A stretch of 64,000 nucleotides of DNA from an uncultured delta proteobacterium (GTDB lineage: Bacteria; Desulfobacterota; Binatia; Binatales; Binataceae), in assembly GCA_963711565.1 (NCBI GenBank), contig CAVQEQ010000004.1, positions 1,248,001 to 1,312,000 of the forward strand, given 5' to 3'. The position numbers and the translations under genes were made by a program. This document shows positions 29,594 through 38,840 of the stretch, piece after piece. The stretch's first letter is position 1. Each line of letters starts with the position of its first letter. The notes under the pieces are model-generated. The model did not search any database. It was not told the origin of the DNA and was given only the letters and a program-made list of their open reading frames with translations.

Positions 29594-30307
29594 ATGGCGA
29601 AGATTTACGTTTTGCAGCATCACCCGGTCGAGAGTCTCGGCACTATCGCCGACGCGCTCGAAGGCGCCGCGCTCGCATGGCAGTACGTGCACGTCAACGA
29701 CGGCCAGCCTGTGCCGGCGAGCATGAAGGGCGCGGGCGGATTGATCGTGATGGGCGGGCCGATGGGCGTCCATCAGACCGACCGCTATCCGTGGCTGCGC
29801 GACGAGATGCGACTGATAGAGGACGCGACGAAGCTGAATCTCCCGGTGCTGGGCGTATGCCTCGGCGCCCAGATTCTCGCGGCGGCGCTCGGCGCGAAGG
29901 TCGATCGTAATCCCAACGGCAAAGAAATCGGATGGCATCCGATCCGGTTGCACGATTCGTCCAAGGACGATCGCCTGATGCGTGATTTGCCGGCGACGAT
30001 GACGCCGTTCCACTGGCACGGCGATATCTTCAATCTGCCACCGGGCGCGGTTTCGCTCGCGTCGTCAGACAAGACTCCATGCCAGGCATTCCGCCACGGC
30101 GACAAGGTCTATGGCTTCCAGTTTCATTTCGAGGTGACGCGGGAGAGCGTATCGGCGATGGCCGAGGCATTCGCGAAAGAGTTAGTGCGCGAGAGAATTC
30201 CGGCAGATCGAATGATTGCTCAAGCTGCGGACTTCATCGCGCCACTCGCGAAGCTTTCAGACACAGTCTTCTCGCGCTGGGCGTCCCCAATCCAAGGCAT
30301 GTCCTAA
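29594..30307 (+). CDS. Type 1 glutamine amidotransferase (GMP synthase-like, stand-alone)
   Basis: MGGPM, LGVCLGAQ, WHGD, QFHFE motifs. Confidence 0.9.
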   Translation: MAKIYVLQHHPVESLGTIADALEGAALAWQYVHVNDGQPVPASMKGAGGLIVMGGPMGVHQTDRYPWLRDEMRLIEDATKLNLPVLGVCLGAQILAAALGAKVDRNPNGKEIGWHPIRLHDSSKDDRLMRDLPATMTPFHWHGDIFNLPPGAVSLASSDKTPCQAFRHGDKVYGFQFHFEVTRESVSAMAEAFAKELVRERIPADRMIAQAADFIAPLAKLSDTVFSRWASPIQGMS

Positions 30308-30894
30308 GTCAAACTTAGCGGCTTACCGCTGCGCTCCATCTCCAACAACTTGCGCTTGCGATCAAGCCCCCATCGGTAGCCGCCTAGATGACCGGACGCG
30401 CGAATCGCGCGATGACAGGGAATGATAATCGACACCGGATTGGCGCCGTTGGCGGTGCCGACGGCGCGGATGGCGCGCGGCCGTCCGATTCGTCGCGCGA
30501 TTTCGGAATACGAGCGCGTTTCGCCAGCGGGAATCGCGCGAAGTTGGTCCCATACCGCAAACTGAAAGGGAGTCCCGCGGATGTCCATCGGCGGCGTGGG
30601 CATCTTCGAGCGGCCTGCTACGTAGTCCGCGAGCGCGTCGGCCCAAAGGCCGACGCGCGAGTCCTCGCGACGCTTCGGGTCAGCGACCCGAATCGTCGCG
30701 CGCGGGTAGTCGCCGCGCAGCGCGGCGACCAGCGTCCGATCTGCTTCGCCCATCGCGGCGAAGCAGATTCCGCTACGGGTGCCCGCTACCAGCAGGCGCC
30801 CGAGCGTCGAGGCGACAATCGCGTACGCGATTGTCGCCCCGTCACCACCGGAGCCGTACGAACAATCTTTGGTACTGTAATTTCGGGTTTTCAT
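30304..30894 (-). CDS. Methylated-DNA--protein-cysteine methyltransferase (Ogt/AdaB-like)
   Basis: GTPFQ, IPAGETRSY, RAVG, IPCHR, YRWG motifs. Confidence 0.92.
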   Translation of the reverse strand: MKTRNYSTKDCSYGSGGDGATIAYAIVASTLGRLLVAGTRSGICFAAMGEADRTLVAALRGDYPRATIRVADPKRREDSRVGLWADALADYVAGRSKMPTPPMDIRGTPFQFAVWDQLRAIPAGETRSYSEIARRIGRPRAIRAVGTANGANPVSIIIPCHRAIRASGHLGGYRWGLDRKRKLLEMERSGKPLSLT

Positions 30895-30939
30895 CCGGCA
30901 TCCTCGGAACATACAACCCCGCGTCCCGGTTAATGTGAT

Positions 30940-31434
30940 ATGAAACCGAATATCAAGGCGCTCGGAATTTCTGCTTCGATCGTCGCCAGCTTGATTTTCG
31001 CTATCGCACTAGCGGCGGAGGTCTCAGGGCCGCCTGCTACTGACCTGAAACTGGCGCCGGATCTTTCCTTCACCGACGATTCGAGCCCGAATTTCCCCAT
31101 CGCGGGGAAGAATCTTTCCGACGCTTCGGTCGCCGCCGACCATGCGACCGTTATCTTCTTTGGCACCGCCAACTGCTGGAACACCGCGCGCGAGGCCGAA
31201 CGCCTGGTGCAGCTCTATCCGCGATATAAGGACAAGATTCGCTTCGTCGTCGTCGATTTGCGAAGTCCGTCGATCGCGCAGCGCGCTTTGATCGCACGCT
31301 ACTACCAGGGTTACATCCCGACGATTGCCGTGATCGACAGCACCGGCAAGGTCCTTTACGACCGCGCGGGCGAGACGGCAAGCGAGCGGGGTGACACGAG
31401 CAATCTGCAGAAGCTGCTCGATTCCGCGCACTAG
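30940..31434 (+). CDS. Exported thioredoxin-fold protein with CxxT motif
   Basis: Signal peptide; VIFFGTANCWNT, IRFVVVD, YIPT (cis-Pro position), IDSTGKV. Confidence 0.75.
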   Translation: MKPNIKALGISASIVASLIFAIALAAEVSGPPATDLKLAPDLSFTDDSSPNFPIAGKNLSDASVAADHATVIFFGTANCWNTAREAERLVQLYPRYKDKIRFVVVDLRSPSIAQRALIARYYQGYIPTIAVIDSTGKVLYDRAGETASERGDTSNLQKLLDSAH

Positions 31435-31472
31435 GAAGAATCCGGAATTCTTCGATTCGCTCTAGAATGACA
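31435..31472. repeat. Short palindrome GAAGAAT-N5-ATTCTTC followed by AGAATGACA (fragment of another extragenic palindrome type)
   Basis: Perfect 7-bp inverted repeat right after the thioredoxin-like gene stop; single copy in the window. Confidence 0.4.
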
Positions 31473-31526
31473 CAAGGAAGGAACTTGAGAGCGAAAGGTT
31501 GTCCTCAACATTTCGCGCTTATCATT

Positions 31527-31579
31527 GGGTGCAGGGGTCACCCCTGCCCAGGGAAGCGTGAAACCCACGGTGGGTTTCA
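31527..31579 (-). repeat. Palindromic repeat family B, copy 2
   Basis: Reverse complement of 2809..2861; lies between convergent genes. Confidence 0.85.
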
Positions 31580-31601
31580 CATGCGATGACGTTCTTCGGT
31601 T

Positions 31602-32816
31602 CTACCCCTTCGGCAGCTTGAGGACTCGTTCGCCGATGATATTGTGCTGAATTTCGCTCGAGCCCGCCGCGATCGTCAGTCCGCGCGCCGCGAGCGTGCG
31701 ATGCATCCAGCGGCCGCCTTCGACTGCGCCCGCGCTGCCGCCTTCGACGTTGGCGAACGAACCGAGCATCTCGTCGGCGAACATCGCAACTCGCAGGTTG
31801 AGCTCGGTGGCGAACAGCTTGCCGAATGAACTTTCAGCGCCCGGCACTTTGCCTCTGAGCTGCGCCGACAGCGAGCGATAGCGCGACAAGCGCAGGCATC
31901 GCGCCTCGACTGCGAACTGCGCGAGCTTCTGCCGCACGTACGGATGCTTCCACGCGGGCCCGCCCTGGAAATCGACTTTCTTCGCGAGGTCCAGCAACTC
32001 GCCGATCGTGCGTTCCACCGGATGCCGCGTGCCGCCCGAGACGCGCTCGTACATCAGCGTCGCGATCGACACCTGCCATCCCGCGTTCAGATCGCCGACG
32101 AGGTTTTCTTTCGGCACGCGCACGTTGTCGTAGAAGACCTCGTTGAATCCGGCGTCGCCGGTGATCTGAACGAGAGGCCGCACCGTAATTCCGGGGCTAT
32201 GCATATCGACGAGCAGGTACGAGATTCCCTTGTGCTTCGGCGCCGCGGGATCGGTGCGCACCAGCAGCACCTGCCAGTCCGCGCGATGCGCCAAACTGGT
32301 CCACACTTTCTGCCCGTTGATCACGAAGGTGTCGCCGTCGAGTACGGCGCGCGTCTGCAGGCCCGCGAGGTCGGAGCCCGCGCCGGGTTCGGAGTAACCC
32401 TGGCACCAGATTTCCTCACCGGTCAGCATCTTGAGCAGGTAGCGCCTTTTCTGCTGCTCGGTGCCGAGATGCATGATCGTCGGCCCGATTCGATCGATCG
32501 CGAGCTGGTTGGCGCCGTAGAGCGGCAGTCCGAGACGCAGCACTTCGTCCTGGTAGATAGACTGATCGATCATGTTCGCGCCGCCGCCGCCCCATTCCTT
32601 GGGCCAGTGCAGCGCAACGTAGCCGGCCTTGTAGAGCCGGCGATGGTAGTCGAGCAGTTGCGCCCAGCGGCCGTCGTCGCGCACGTCGAGCAGGCTCGCA
32701 GTCGAGCCGCCGAGACCCTCGCCCTTGCTCCCGAAAGCTGCGGCGGAGTTCTTCTGGAGCCATCCCGCAATCTCAGCGCGAAATTTTTCCTGTTCCGGCG
32801 TGTAGGTAAAATCCAT
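31602..32816 (-). CDS. Acyl-CoA dehydrogenase family protein
   Basis: WCQGYSEPGAGSDLA, NGQKVWTS, FNEVFYDNVRVP, GSSEIQ motifs. Confidence 0.93.
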   Translation of the reverse strand: MDFTYTPEQEKFRAEIAGWLQKNSAAAFGSKGEGLGGSTASLLDVRDDGRWAQLLDYHRRLYKAGYVALHWPKEWGGGGANMIDQSIYQDEVLRLGLPLYGANQLAIDRIGPTIMHLGTEQQKRRYLLKMLTGEEIWCQGYSEPGAGSDLAGLQTRAVLDGDTFVINGQKVWTSLAHRADWQVLLVRTDPAAPKHKGISYLLVDMHSPGITVRPLVQITGDAGFNEVFYDNVRVPKENLVGDLNAGWQVSIATLMYERVSGGTRHPVERTIGELLDLAKKVDFQGGPAWKHPYVRQKLAQFAVEARCLRLSRYRSLSAQLRGKVPGAESSFGKLFATELNLRVAMFADEMLGSFANVEGGSAGAVEGGRWMHRTLAARGLTIAAGSSEIQHNIIGERVLKLPKG

Positions 32817-32896
32817 CGGCTGCTCCGCGTGATTGCTCGCCGCGAGTATAGCGCGGTCGAAGCACAGGCGTTAACGGCGGAGCGAAGGTTGATCGT

Positions 32897-32919
32897 GAGA
32901 TATATCCGTGGTAGATACC
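32897..32919 (+). promoter_or_regulatory. Putative vapBC operator (GATATATC-CGTG-GTAGATAC)
   Basis: Two imperfect palindromic boxes just upstream of the antitoxin start; inference. Confidence 0.35.
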
Positions 32920-32923
32920 AATC

Positions 32924-33157
32924 ATGAAACGTGAGATCGCCAAAGTCTTTAAGACGGGCCGGAGCCAGGCGGTTCGGATTCCTAAGCGATTCAGGTTCGC
33001 CACAGACGAGGTTCTGATCGAGCGTGACGGGGAAAAGGTGATTCTCACACCCCGTCCTCGCTCATGGAAGGAATACTTCGCGACCGCGCCGCGGTTGCCC
33101 GCTGACTTCCCCAGACGTATCCGCGATCGCCGTCCCGAGAAAGTTGAGCCGCTCTAA
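32924..33157 (+). CDS. vapB: VapB antitoxin (AbrB/MazE-type)
   Basis: AKVFKTGRSQAVRIPKRFRF swapped-hairpin motif; adjacent PIN toxin. Confidence 0.92.
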   Translation: MKREIAKVFKTGRSQAVRIPKRFRFATDEVLIERDGEKVILTPRPRSWKEYFATAPRLPADFPRRIRDRRPEKVEPL

Positions 33158-33556
33158 TTGCCGCGAGTGATGCTCGACAGCGATGTGTGTATCGACGTGA
33201 TGCGCGGCCGGTCGCCTTCGATACGCGCGCGCCTCGAACGCATGAGTCCTGAAGAAGTTGCGGTTTCCTCCGTTGTCGCAGGCGAATTGTGGACCGGCGT
33301 GTCGAAATCAACGCAACCCGAGCGCTCGAGAAGTGCGATCAACGCATTTTTAGCGTATGTCTCAGTTCTCGATTGGCCAGCCGAGTTAGCCCCAAGCTAC
33401 GGTGAGCTCAGAGCGCAACTGGAGAGTTCCGGTCGGTCTATCGGTGCAATGGATCTGTTGATCGCCGCGCACGCGATCCACGAAAAGGCGATCTTCGTTA
33501 CGCGCAATCTGTCCGAATTCCGTCGAATCAGTAATCTAAAGATAGAGAGCTGGTGA
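33158..33556 (+). CDS. vapC: VapC toxin (PIN-domain RNase)
   Basis: MLDSD, GEL, IGAMDLLIAAHA, VTRN-EF motifs. Confidence 0.93.
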   Translation: MPRVMLDSDVCIDVMRGRSPSIRARLERMSPEEVAVSSVVAGELWTGVSKSTQPERSRSAINAFLAYVSVLDWPAELAPSYGELRAQLESSGRSIGAMDLLIAAHAIHEKAIFVTRNLSEFRRISNLKIESW

Positions 33557-33568
33557 TGCCATTCCTCA

Positions 33569-33600
33569 ATACTGGCATCACGAATCCTCTGGTATAGATT
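33569..33600 (+). promoter_or_regulatory. Direct repeat copy 1 containing a sigma70-like promoter (CTGGCA-N17-TAGATT)
   Basis: ATACTGGCATCACGAATCCT (33569..33588) is identical to 34262..34281. Confidence 0.7.
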
Positions 33601-33603
33601 GCT

Positions 33604-33625
33604 TGTAGTCACAATCTGAACTACA
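33604..33625 (+). promoter_or_regulatory. Putative antitoxin operator TGTAGT-N10-ACTACA
   Basis: Inverted repeat between the -10 box and the toxin start. Confidence 0.5.
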
Positions 33626-33634
33626 GTAGCTGCG

Positions 33635-33934
33635 TTGCCTAAGCGCGCCATCAAGCTTGGCCACGATGCGGTTCGTCAGTTTGCGGCGCTCAGTGCCGCC
33701 GAACGCTCGCGGCTGGCGGCGGCCATGCAGGCCGCGCTCGGCGAAGATGACGCCAACATTGAAAACAAGAACCGCTTTCGCTTGCGGCGGCCGTCTGGGC
33801 AGTTCGAATTTGAGTTCCGCGACGGCAACTTGCGTGTCTTCTATCGCGTCGGAGATCGGGAGGTGCTGGTTGATGCCATCGGACGTAAGCGGGGCAATCA
33901 GCTTTTCATCGGCGGCAGAAGGGTGACCCTATGA
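33635..33934 (+). CDS. RelE/ParE family toxin
   Basis: 99 aa basic protein, FEFRDGNLRVFYRV and AIGRK pattern; ATGA overlap with the antitoxin. Confidence 0.8.
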   Translation: MPKRAIKLGHDAVRQFAALSAAERSRLAAAMQAALGEDDANIENKNRFRLRRPSGQFEFEFRDGNLRVFYRVGDREVLVDAIGRKRGNQLFIGGRRVTL

Positions 33935-34251
33935 AGATTGAGAACATTCGCGAGGTCAAAACGCGGTTCAGCCGCTACGTCAAGGAGCTGCCCAAAAGCG
34001 GCTCGGTCCTGATCACGAAGAACGGGCGACCGTGCGCGGCGCTGGTGCCTGTTACCGAAGACACCGATCTTGAAGCGCTCGCGCTCTCTCAGAACAAGAG
34101 CTTCTGGAAGATAATCGACGACGCGATCGAGCGTGGGAGAAAAAAGGGCTTCGTCAGTTTAGCAAGTCTCCTGGACGCCGCGCCGCGACTGCCCGCCGAT
34201 TTTCCTAAACGGATTCGAGATCGAAGGCCTGAAAGAGTGAAGCCGCTCTGA
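33931..34251 (+). CDS. Phd/YefM family antitoxin with VapB-like C-terminal tail
   Basis: NIREVKTRFSRYV-VLITKNGRPCAALVP Phd motif; last 23 aa match the VapB tail. Confidence 0.88.
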   Translation: MKIENIREVKTRFSRYVKELPKSGSVLITKNGRPCAALVPVTEDTDLEALALSQNKSFWKIIDDAIERGRKKGFVSLASLLDAAPRLPADFPKRIRDRRPERVKPL

Positions 34252-34261
34252 CCGCGCGCCG

Positions 34262-34293
34262 ATACTGGCATCACGAATCCTTTGCTATATGAT
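34262..34293 (+). promoter_or_regulatory. Direct repeat copy 2, putative icd promoter (CTGGCA-N17-TATGAT)
   Basis: 17-bp spacing; 60 nt upstream of the icd ATG. Confidence 0.7.
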
Positions 34294-34353
34294 GTCGAGA
34301 TACTGCGCGCGCGGGCGCGCCATCATTAACACACGAGGCAAATTGCGACTCCG

Positions 34354-35601
34354 ATGGCATACGAGCACATCAAGGTTCCCAGCAACGGCGAGAAGATCAC
34401 TCTTGGCGCCAATCACACTCTGAAAGTTCCCGACCGCCCGATCATTCCGTTTATCGAAGGCGACGGCACCGGACCCGACATCTGGCGCGCGTCACAGTAC
34501 GTCTTCGACAATGCGGTCAAGAAAATTTACGGCGGCAAGCGCCAGATCGCCTGGATGGAAGTATTCGCGGGCGAGAAACCGTTCAACCAGTGGAAGAATT
34601 GGCTGCCCGACGAAACCGTCGAGGCGTTCCGCGAATTCCTCGTCGGCATCAAGGGGCCGCTGACGACGCCGATCGGCGGCGGCATCCGATCGCTCAACGT
34701 AGCGCTGCGCCAGATGCTCGATCTCTACGTATGCCTGCGGCCGGTGCGCTACTTCGCGGGCGTGCCGAGTCCGGTCAAGCATCCGGAGAAACTCGACGTC
34801 GTGATCTTCCGCGAGAACACCGAAGACATCTATGCGGGAATCGAATGGCCGGCGGAGTCGCCCGAGGCAAAGAAGCTGATCAAGTTCTTGCAAGACGAAA
34901 TGGGCGTCCAGAAAATCCGCTTTCCCAACACGTCGGGAATCGGTATCAAGCCGGTTTCGCGTGAAGGCAGCGAACGGCTCATCCGCGCCGCGCTCGACTA
35001 TGCGATTAAGCACAAGCGCAAGAGCGTGACCTTCGTGCACAAGGGCAATATCATGAAGTTCACCGAGGGCGCGTTCCGCGATTGGGGCTACGAACTCGTC
35101 CGCCGCGAGTACAAGGGCAAGGCCGTTGGATGGGACGATTGCAACGGCAAGCCGCCCGCCGGCGAGCTGCTGGTCAAGGATGCGATCGCGGATATCACTC
35201 TGCAGCAGGTGCTGACGCGGCCCGACGAATTCGACGTCGTCGCCACGATGAATCTCAACGGCGACTACATCTCGGACGCGCTGGCGGCGCAGGTCGGCGG
35301 CATCGGAATCGCTCCTGGAGCCAACATCAACTACCTTACAGGTCACGCGATCTTCGAGGCGACGCATGGCACCGCGCCCAAGTACGCCAACCAGGACAAG
35401 GTGAATCCGGGCTCGGTCATTTTGTCGGGCGTGCTGATGTTCGAGCACATGGGATGGCAGGAAGTTGCCGACGGCATTATCCGCGGCCTCGAAAAGACGA
35501 TCGGCAAGAAAGAAGTGACTTACGACTTCGAGCGGCTGATGACAGGGGCGAAGCTGCTGAAGTGCTCGGAGTTCGGCAAAGCGATCGTCGACAATATCTG
35601 A
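34354..35601 (+). CDS. icd: Isocitrate dehydrogenase (E. coli-type dimeric)
   Basis: [57 protein letters not shown] motifs. Confidence 0.97.
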   Translation: MAYEHIKVPSNGEKITLGANHTLKVPDRPIIPFIEGDGTGPDIWRASQYVFDNAVKKIYGGKRQIAWMEVFAGEKPFNQWKNWLPDETVEAFREFLVGIKGPLTTPIGGGIRSLNVALRQMLDLYVCLRPVRYFAGVPSPVKHPEKLDVVIFRENTEDIYAGIEWPAESPEAKKLIKFLQDEMGVQKIRFPNTSGIGIKPVSREGSERLIRAALDYAIKHKRKSVTFVHKGNIMKFTEGAFRDWGYELVRREYKGKAVGWDDCNGKPPAGELLVKDAIADITLQQVLTRPDEFDVVATMNLNGDYISDALAAQVGGIGIAPGANINYLTGHAIFEATHGTAPKYANQDKVNPGSVILSGVLMFEHMGWQEVADGIIRGLEKTIGKKEVTYDFERLMTGAKLLKCSEFGKAIVDNI

Positions 35602-35615
35602 GCCGCGATCCCTTT

Positions 35616-35661
35616 AATCCGGTTCCCCTTCCCGCGCGGGAAGGGGATTAGGGGTTAGGTT
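35616..35661 (+). repeat. REP-like repeat family A, copy 4 (overlaps stop of the oxidoreductase)
   Basis: Between convergent icd and the FAD oxidoreductase; on the minus strand encodes PNP and TAA. Confidence 0.9.
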
Positions 35662-36964
35662 GCAGGATGATCTGATCCGCGCACCACTGCCCGGTCTCGA
35701 TTGCCGACTCGAAATGCGGCAAGCCCATGTAGTCGCCCGCCAGCAGGACGCGCCGCGAGGACGGCCGCGACTTGCGGTATTCCGCGAGGTCGCGGCTGCG
35801 GCCTACCGGTGACTTGGGCAGCGCAATGGGCAATCGCATGATTTCCGCGAAGCGCTTCGTCGCCGTAGCGCCTGGGAAGAATCGCTCGATGTCCGGCAAC
35901 ACCTTTGCGACGATCTCGTCGTCCGATAGATCCATCAACGCGGCCGCTGCTCGGGTCTTGACGAACAGGTTCAGCATCTCACCGTCCGGCACGCGCGTTA
36001 TATCCTTGGCCGACTCGAGCGTAGCCGACGCGACCAATTGACGGTCTGGGCGCGGGACCAGAAATCCCCAAACATCCTTCAGCCCCGGTTCATCGCGCCA
36101 ATGGCGGCTGGTGGCGAGACCAATCTTGACCCCCTGTGCGTACTCGGTCGCCATCAGCCGGCGTTCAACCTCGTCGCCGCCGCGATACAGCCGCGCCGCA
36201 ATCGGCGCAGTTGCCGCGAGCACGACCTGATCCGCACGCAACTGCTCGCCCGATAGCTGAACGACAGCGCCGTCGTCGTGAACCTCGATAGATTGCACCG
36301 GCGATTCCAGCTTGACGTTGACCTTCGAGGCGAGAGTCTCCGGCAACGAACCCATCCCGCGCACGAGAGTCATCTCTTTGCTGCGGCCGTTGTCGGTGAG
36401 AGCCAGCGTTGCCAGCGTCGCCGCGCGCGACGTTTCTTCGATATCGCAGAGCAAGCCTCCCGAGACGAGCGGCTCGACCAGATAATCGGCGGCGCGGCCC
36501 ATCCGTGGCGCACACCACGTGGCCGTGTCCTCGTCGTCGTATTCGGCCCACGCCGCGTAGTTATCGACGGGCGGCCAGTGCAGTTTCGTCGTATGCCAGA
36601 TGAAGCGGGCGAGGTCGGGCAGGCTGACCAGTCCCGAGGTCAGCGCATATATCGGGAACATCGCGCCCGACGGCATCCGGCGCGGGCGGCCATCTTTGAC
36701 GATCGCCATCCACGGGCTCGTTGGCCTCAGCTCCGCCTCGAGCCCCAGCTCCTTCACGAGGCCGAGGGCGTTGCGATAAGTGCTGGTGATCAGCTGCGCG
36801 CCGCGCTCGATTTTGTAACCGTCGCGCGAGTCGGTGCCGACCCGGCCGCCGACGCGGTCGTTCGCTTCGAGCACCGTCACGTCAACTCCCGCCTTTCGCA
36901 GTCGATACGCGGCGGCGAGTCCGGCCATCCCCGCGCCAACGACGATTACCCTTTTGTTCGCCAT
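35648..36964 (-). CDS. FAD-dependent oxidoreductase (amine oxidase/protoporphyrinogen oxidase family)
   Basis: [33 protein letters not shown] motifs. Confidence 0.85.
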   Translation of the reverse strand: MANKRVIVVGAGMAGLAAAYRLRKAGVDVTVLEANDRVGGRVGTDSRDGYKIERGAQLITSTYRNALGLVKELGLEAELRPTSPWMAIVKDGRPRRMPSGAMFPIYALTSGLVSLPDLARFIWHTTKLHWPPVDNYAAWAEYDDEDTATWCAPRMGRAADYLVEPLVSGGLLCDIEETSRAATLATLALTDNGRSKEMTLVRGMGSLPETLASKVNVKLESPVQSIEVHDDGAVVQLSGEQLRADQVVLAATAPIAARLYRGGDEVERRLMATEYAQGVKIGLATSRHWRDEPGLKDVWGFLVPRPDRQLVASATLESAKDITRVPDGEMLNLFVKTRAAAALMDLSDDEIVAKVLPDIERFFPGATATKRFAEIMRLPIALPKSPVGRSRDLAEYRKSRPSSRRVLLAGDYMGLPHFESAIETGQWCADQIILQPNP

Positions 36965-37022
36965 GTGAATCTCGCGGGCGAAGCTAGCAGAGGTTGTTGT
37001 CGAGGGCTAATCGAGCAGGCTC

Positions 37023-37875
37023 TCAAGATTCGCCGAAGTTGGTCGCGATGATAAGCGAGCAGAGTGCTTCTTCGACGAAGTCGATGACGGATATTCCGAA
37101 TCGGCCCCGCGGATTCGCCGCGAAGAAGTCTGCGACCGCCGGGTTGATGCGATCGGACACGAAGGTTATGTCGGGAAGCCCGCGCAAGCCGGGTTTGTAG
37201 CCGCTTGTGAAGTTCAGGTAGAGCGCATCATCGCGCGCGGCTGCGGCCTCCCGGTAGTGACGTTTAATCGCGGCAATCTTCGCCGACGTGTCCGGCACGA
37301 TGTAGTCGTCCTGGATTCTGAGGTTTGCTTCACCGTCTATCGTGAACGTCGCATTGACCGGCCAGTTTGTGGCGTCGATGCCTTTCGGGGAGTTTGTCGT
37401 CGGAAACTGCCGCAGCAGGACGATCTTTGCCGCGGCTTCCTTCAGGGTCGGAATCTTCCCACCCAGGTGCCACCTGTTAGGATCTTTCGCGACGTACCAG
37501 TCGAAGGTCTCTTCAAATAAGCGAGTGCTTCGCGCGGGCGCGGTTTCCTGCTTGACACTCATGATGATGCATTCGGTGGCGTTCTCGGACAGGAAGCTCG
37601 TGCAGGCTGTCAGGACGTTCCTCAAAGTTCAGCAGCTGAGAGACGCGTCCATGGTAGATCTTGAACAAGTTGTCAACGTTACGGCATCGGATGTCGAGGT
37701 AGCGGACTCCGATCGCGAGCTGTTCGGCAATCGCCAGGTTCTGGCACCTGGATGTTCCGCGCAACGGCTCGTGCAACGCACCCGAGTCGTGGGAGCCGGG
37801 AATCGACAACGCCGAGAGAAGCGTGCCGCCATCGAGCGCTCCCATCCAGCCGCGACCGGTATAGGAGGGCGCCAT
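37023..37875 (-). pseudogene. Phosphatidylinositol-specific phospholipase C, split by a +1 frameshift near 37617 (real or sequencing error)
   Basis: N-half WM-LSIPGSHDSGA-QL-GVRYLDIR-YHG; C-half FL-N-TECIIMSVKQE, IPTL-KIVLLR, IQD-Y, LYLNFTS; deleting one base joins them as FEDVL. Confidence 0.85.
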
Positions 37876-37891
37876 CCGGACGTCGGGAGCG

Positions 37892-38725
37892 CTAGTACGG
37901 CCTATCGCCGTTGATCGTTATCCGCTCCATCCGGCGGTTGGCCGTCTTGTTGTCGGCGACCACTCGATGCTGCGTGCAGCGGTTGTCCCACATCGCGACC
38001 GAGTTGGCGCGCCATCGGAAGCGGCAACTGAAATCCGGGGTCGTCATATGATGGTAGAGAAAAGAGAGCAGCGCCGTGCTCTCGGCCGGCTTCATGTCCT
38101 TGATGTGAGAGGTGAAGGTCGTGTTGACGAACAATCCCTTGCGGCCGGTCTCGGGATGCGTGCGGACCACGGGATGCTCCGCAGACATCACGGGCGGCGG
38201 CTGTCGTCCGGTGCCTGCGGTGTCGTAGCTTGGGCGTGAGAAGCTTCGAACAGTGTCGTGCACCGCGACGAGGTCCGAGAGCATCCGCTGCATCTTGTCT
38301 GACAGCGCATCGTAGGCCGCGTACATGCTCGCCCACATCGTGTCGCCGCCGAACTCGGGCGCCTCGACGCATCGCAGCACCGAGCCGAGCGGAGGTTCCT
38401 GCACGAACGTCACATCGCTGTGCCAGTTCTCCGCCAGGTACGGACTCTGCGCGTTGCTGTAGAGCAGGATGAACTCGGGATGTCCTTCATTCTTGAGCGG
38501 CTGGAGGAAGGGATGAATCTGCAGCGTGCCGAAGCGGCTTCCGAACGCCTTTTGCTGGTCGCGCGTGATCTCCTGGTCGCGGAAGAAGAGAACCTGGTGC
38601 TCGAGGAATGCAGCGCGCACTTCCTGGAACGCGTCTTCGTTGACGTCGCCGAGGTGAAAGTCGCTGACCTCTGCCCCGAGCGCGCCCGCAACCGGATTGA
38701 CAGTGATGTGCTTGAAACTCGTCAT
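37892..38725 (-). CDS. TauD/TfdA family alpha-ketoglutarate-dependent dioxygenase
   Basis: WHSDVTF, GGDT, HPVVRTHPETGRK, WDNRCTQH motifs. Confidence 0.93.
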   Translation of the reverse strand: MTSFKHITVNPVAGALGAEVSDFHLGDVNEDAFQEVRAAFLEHQVLFFRDQEITRDQQKAFGSRFGTLQIHPFLQPLKNEGHPEFILLYSNAQSPYLAENWHSDVTFVQEPPLGSVLRCVEAPEFGGDTMWASMYAAYDALSDKMQRMLSDLVAVHDTVRSFSRPSYDTAGTGRQPPPVMSAEHPVVRTHPETGRKGLFVNTTFTSHIKDMKPAESTALLSFLYHHMTTPDFSCRFRWRANSVAMWDNRCTQHRVVADNKTANRRMERITINGDRPY

Positions 38726-38840
38726 CGCAATATCTCCCCGGCCAACATATAAGACCGCGCCGACGCGGGCCACACCGCCCGGGAAGGTTATTGGCTGCGG
38801 TCCCCCCACGGCTTAGACTCTGATGCGGGGAGGAGCGGCA

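Noticed and set aside
30304-30894. Ogt/AdaB lacking the Ada N-domain, as a partner of the Ada-like module in PyrB
   Set aside because: Stand-alone Ogt proteins are ordinary, the genes are 32 kb apart, and nothing links them
33569-34281. Direct repeats as a CRISPR array or integron attC sites
   Set aside because: Only two copies about 690 bp apart, no cas or integrase gene, and no attC-like inverted structure
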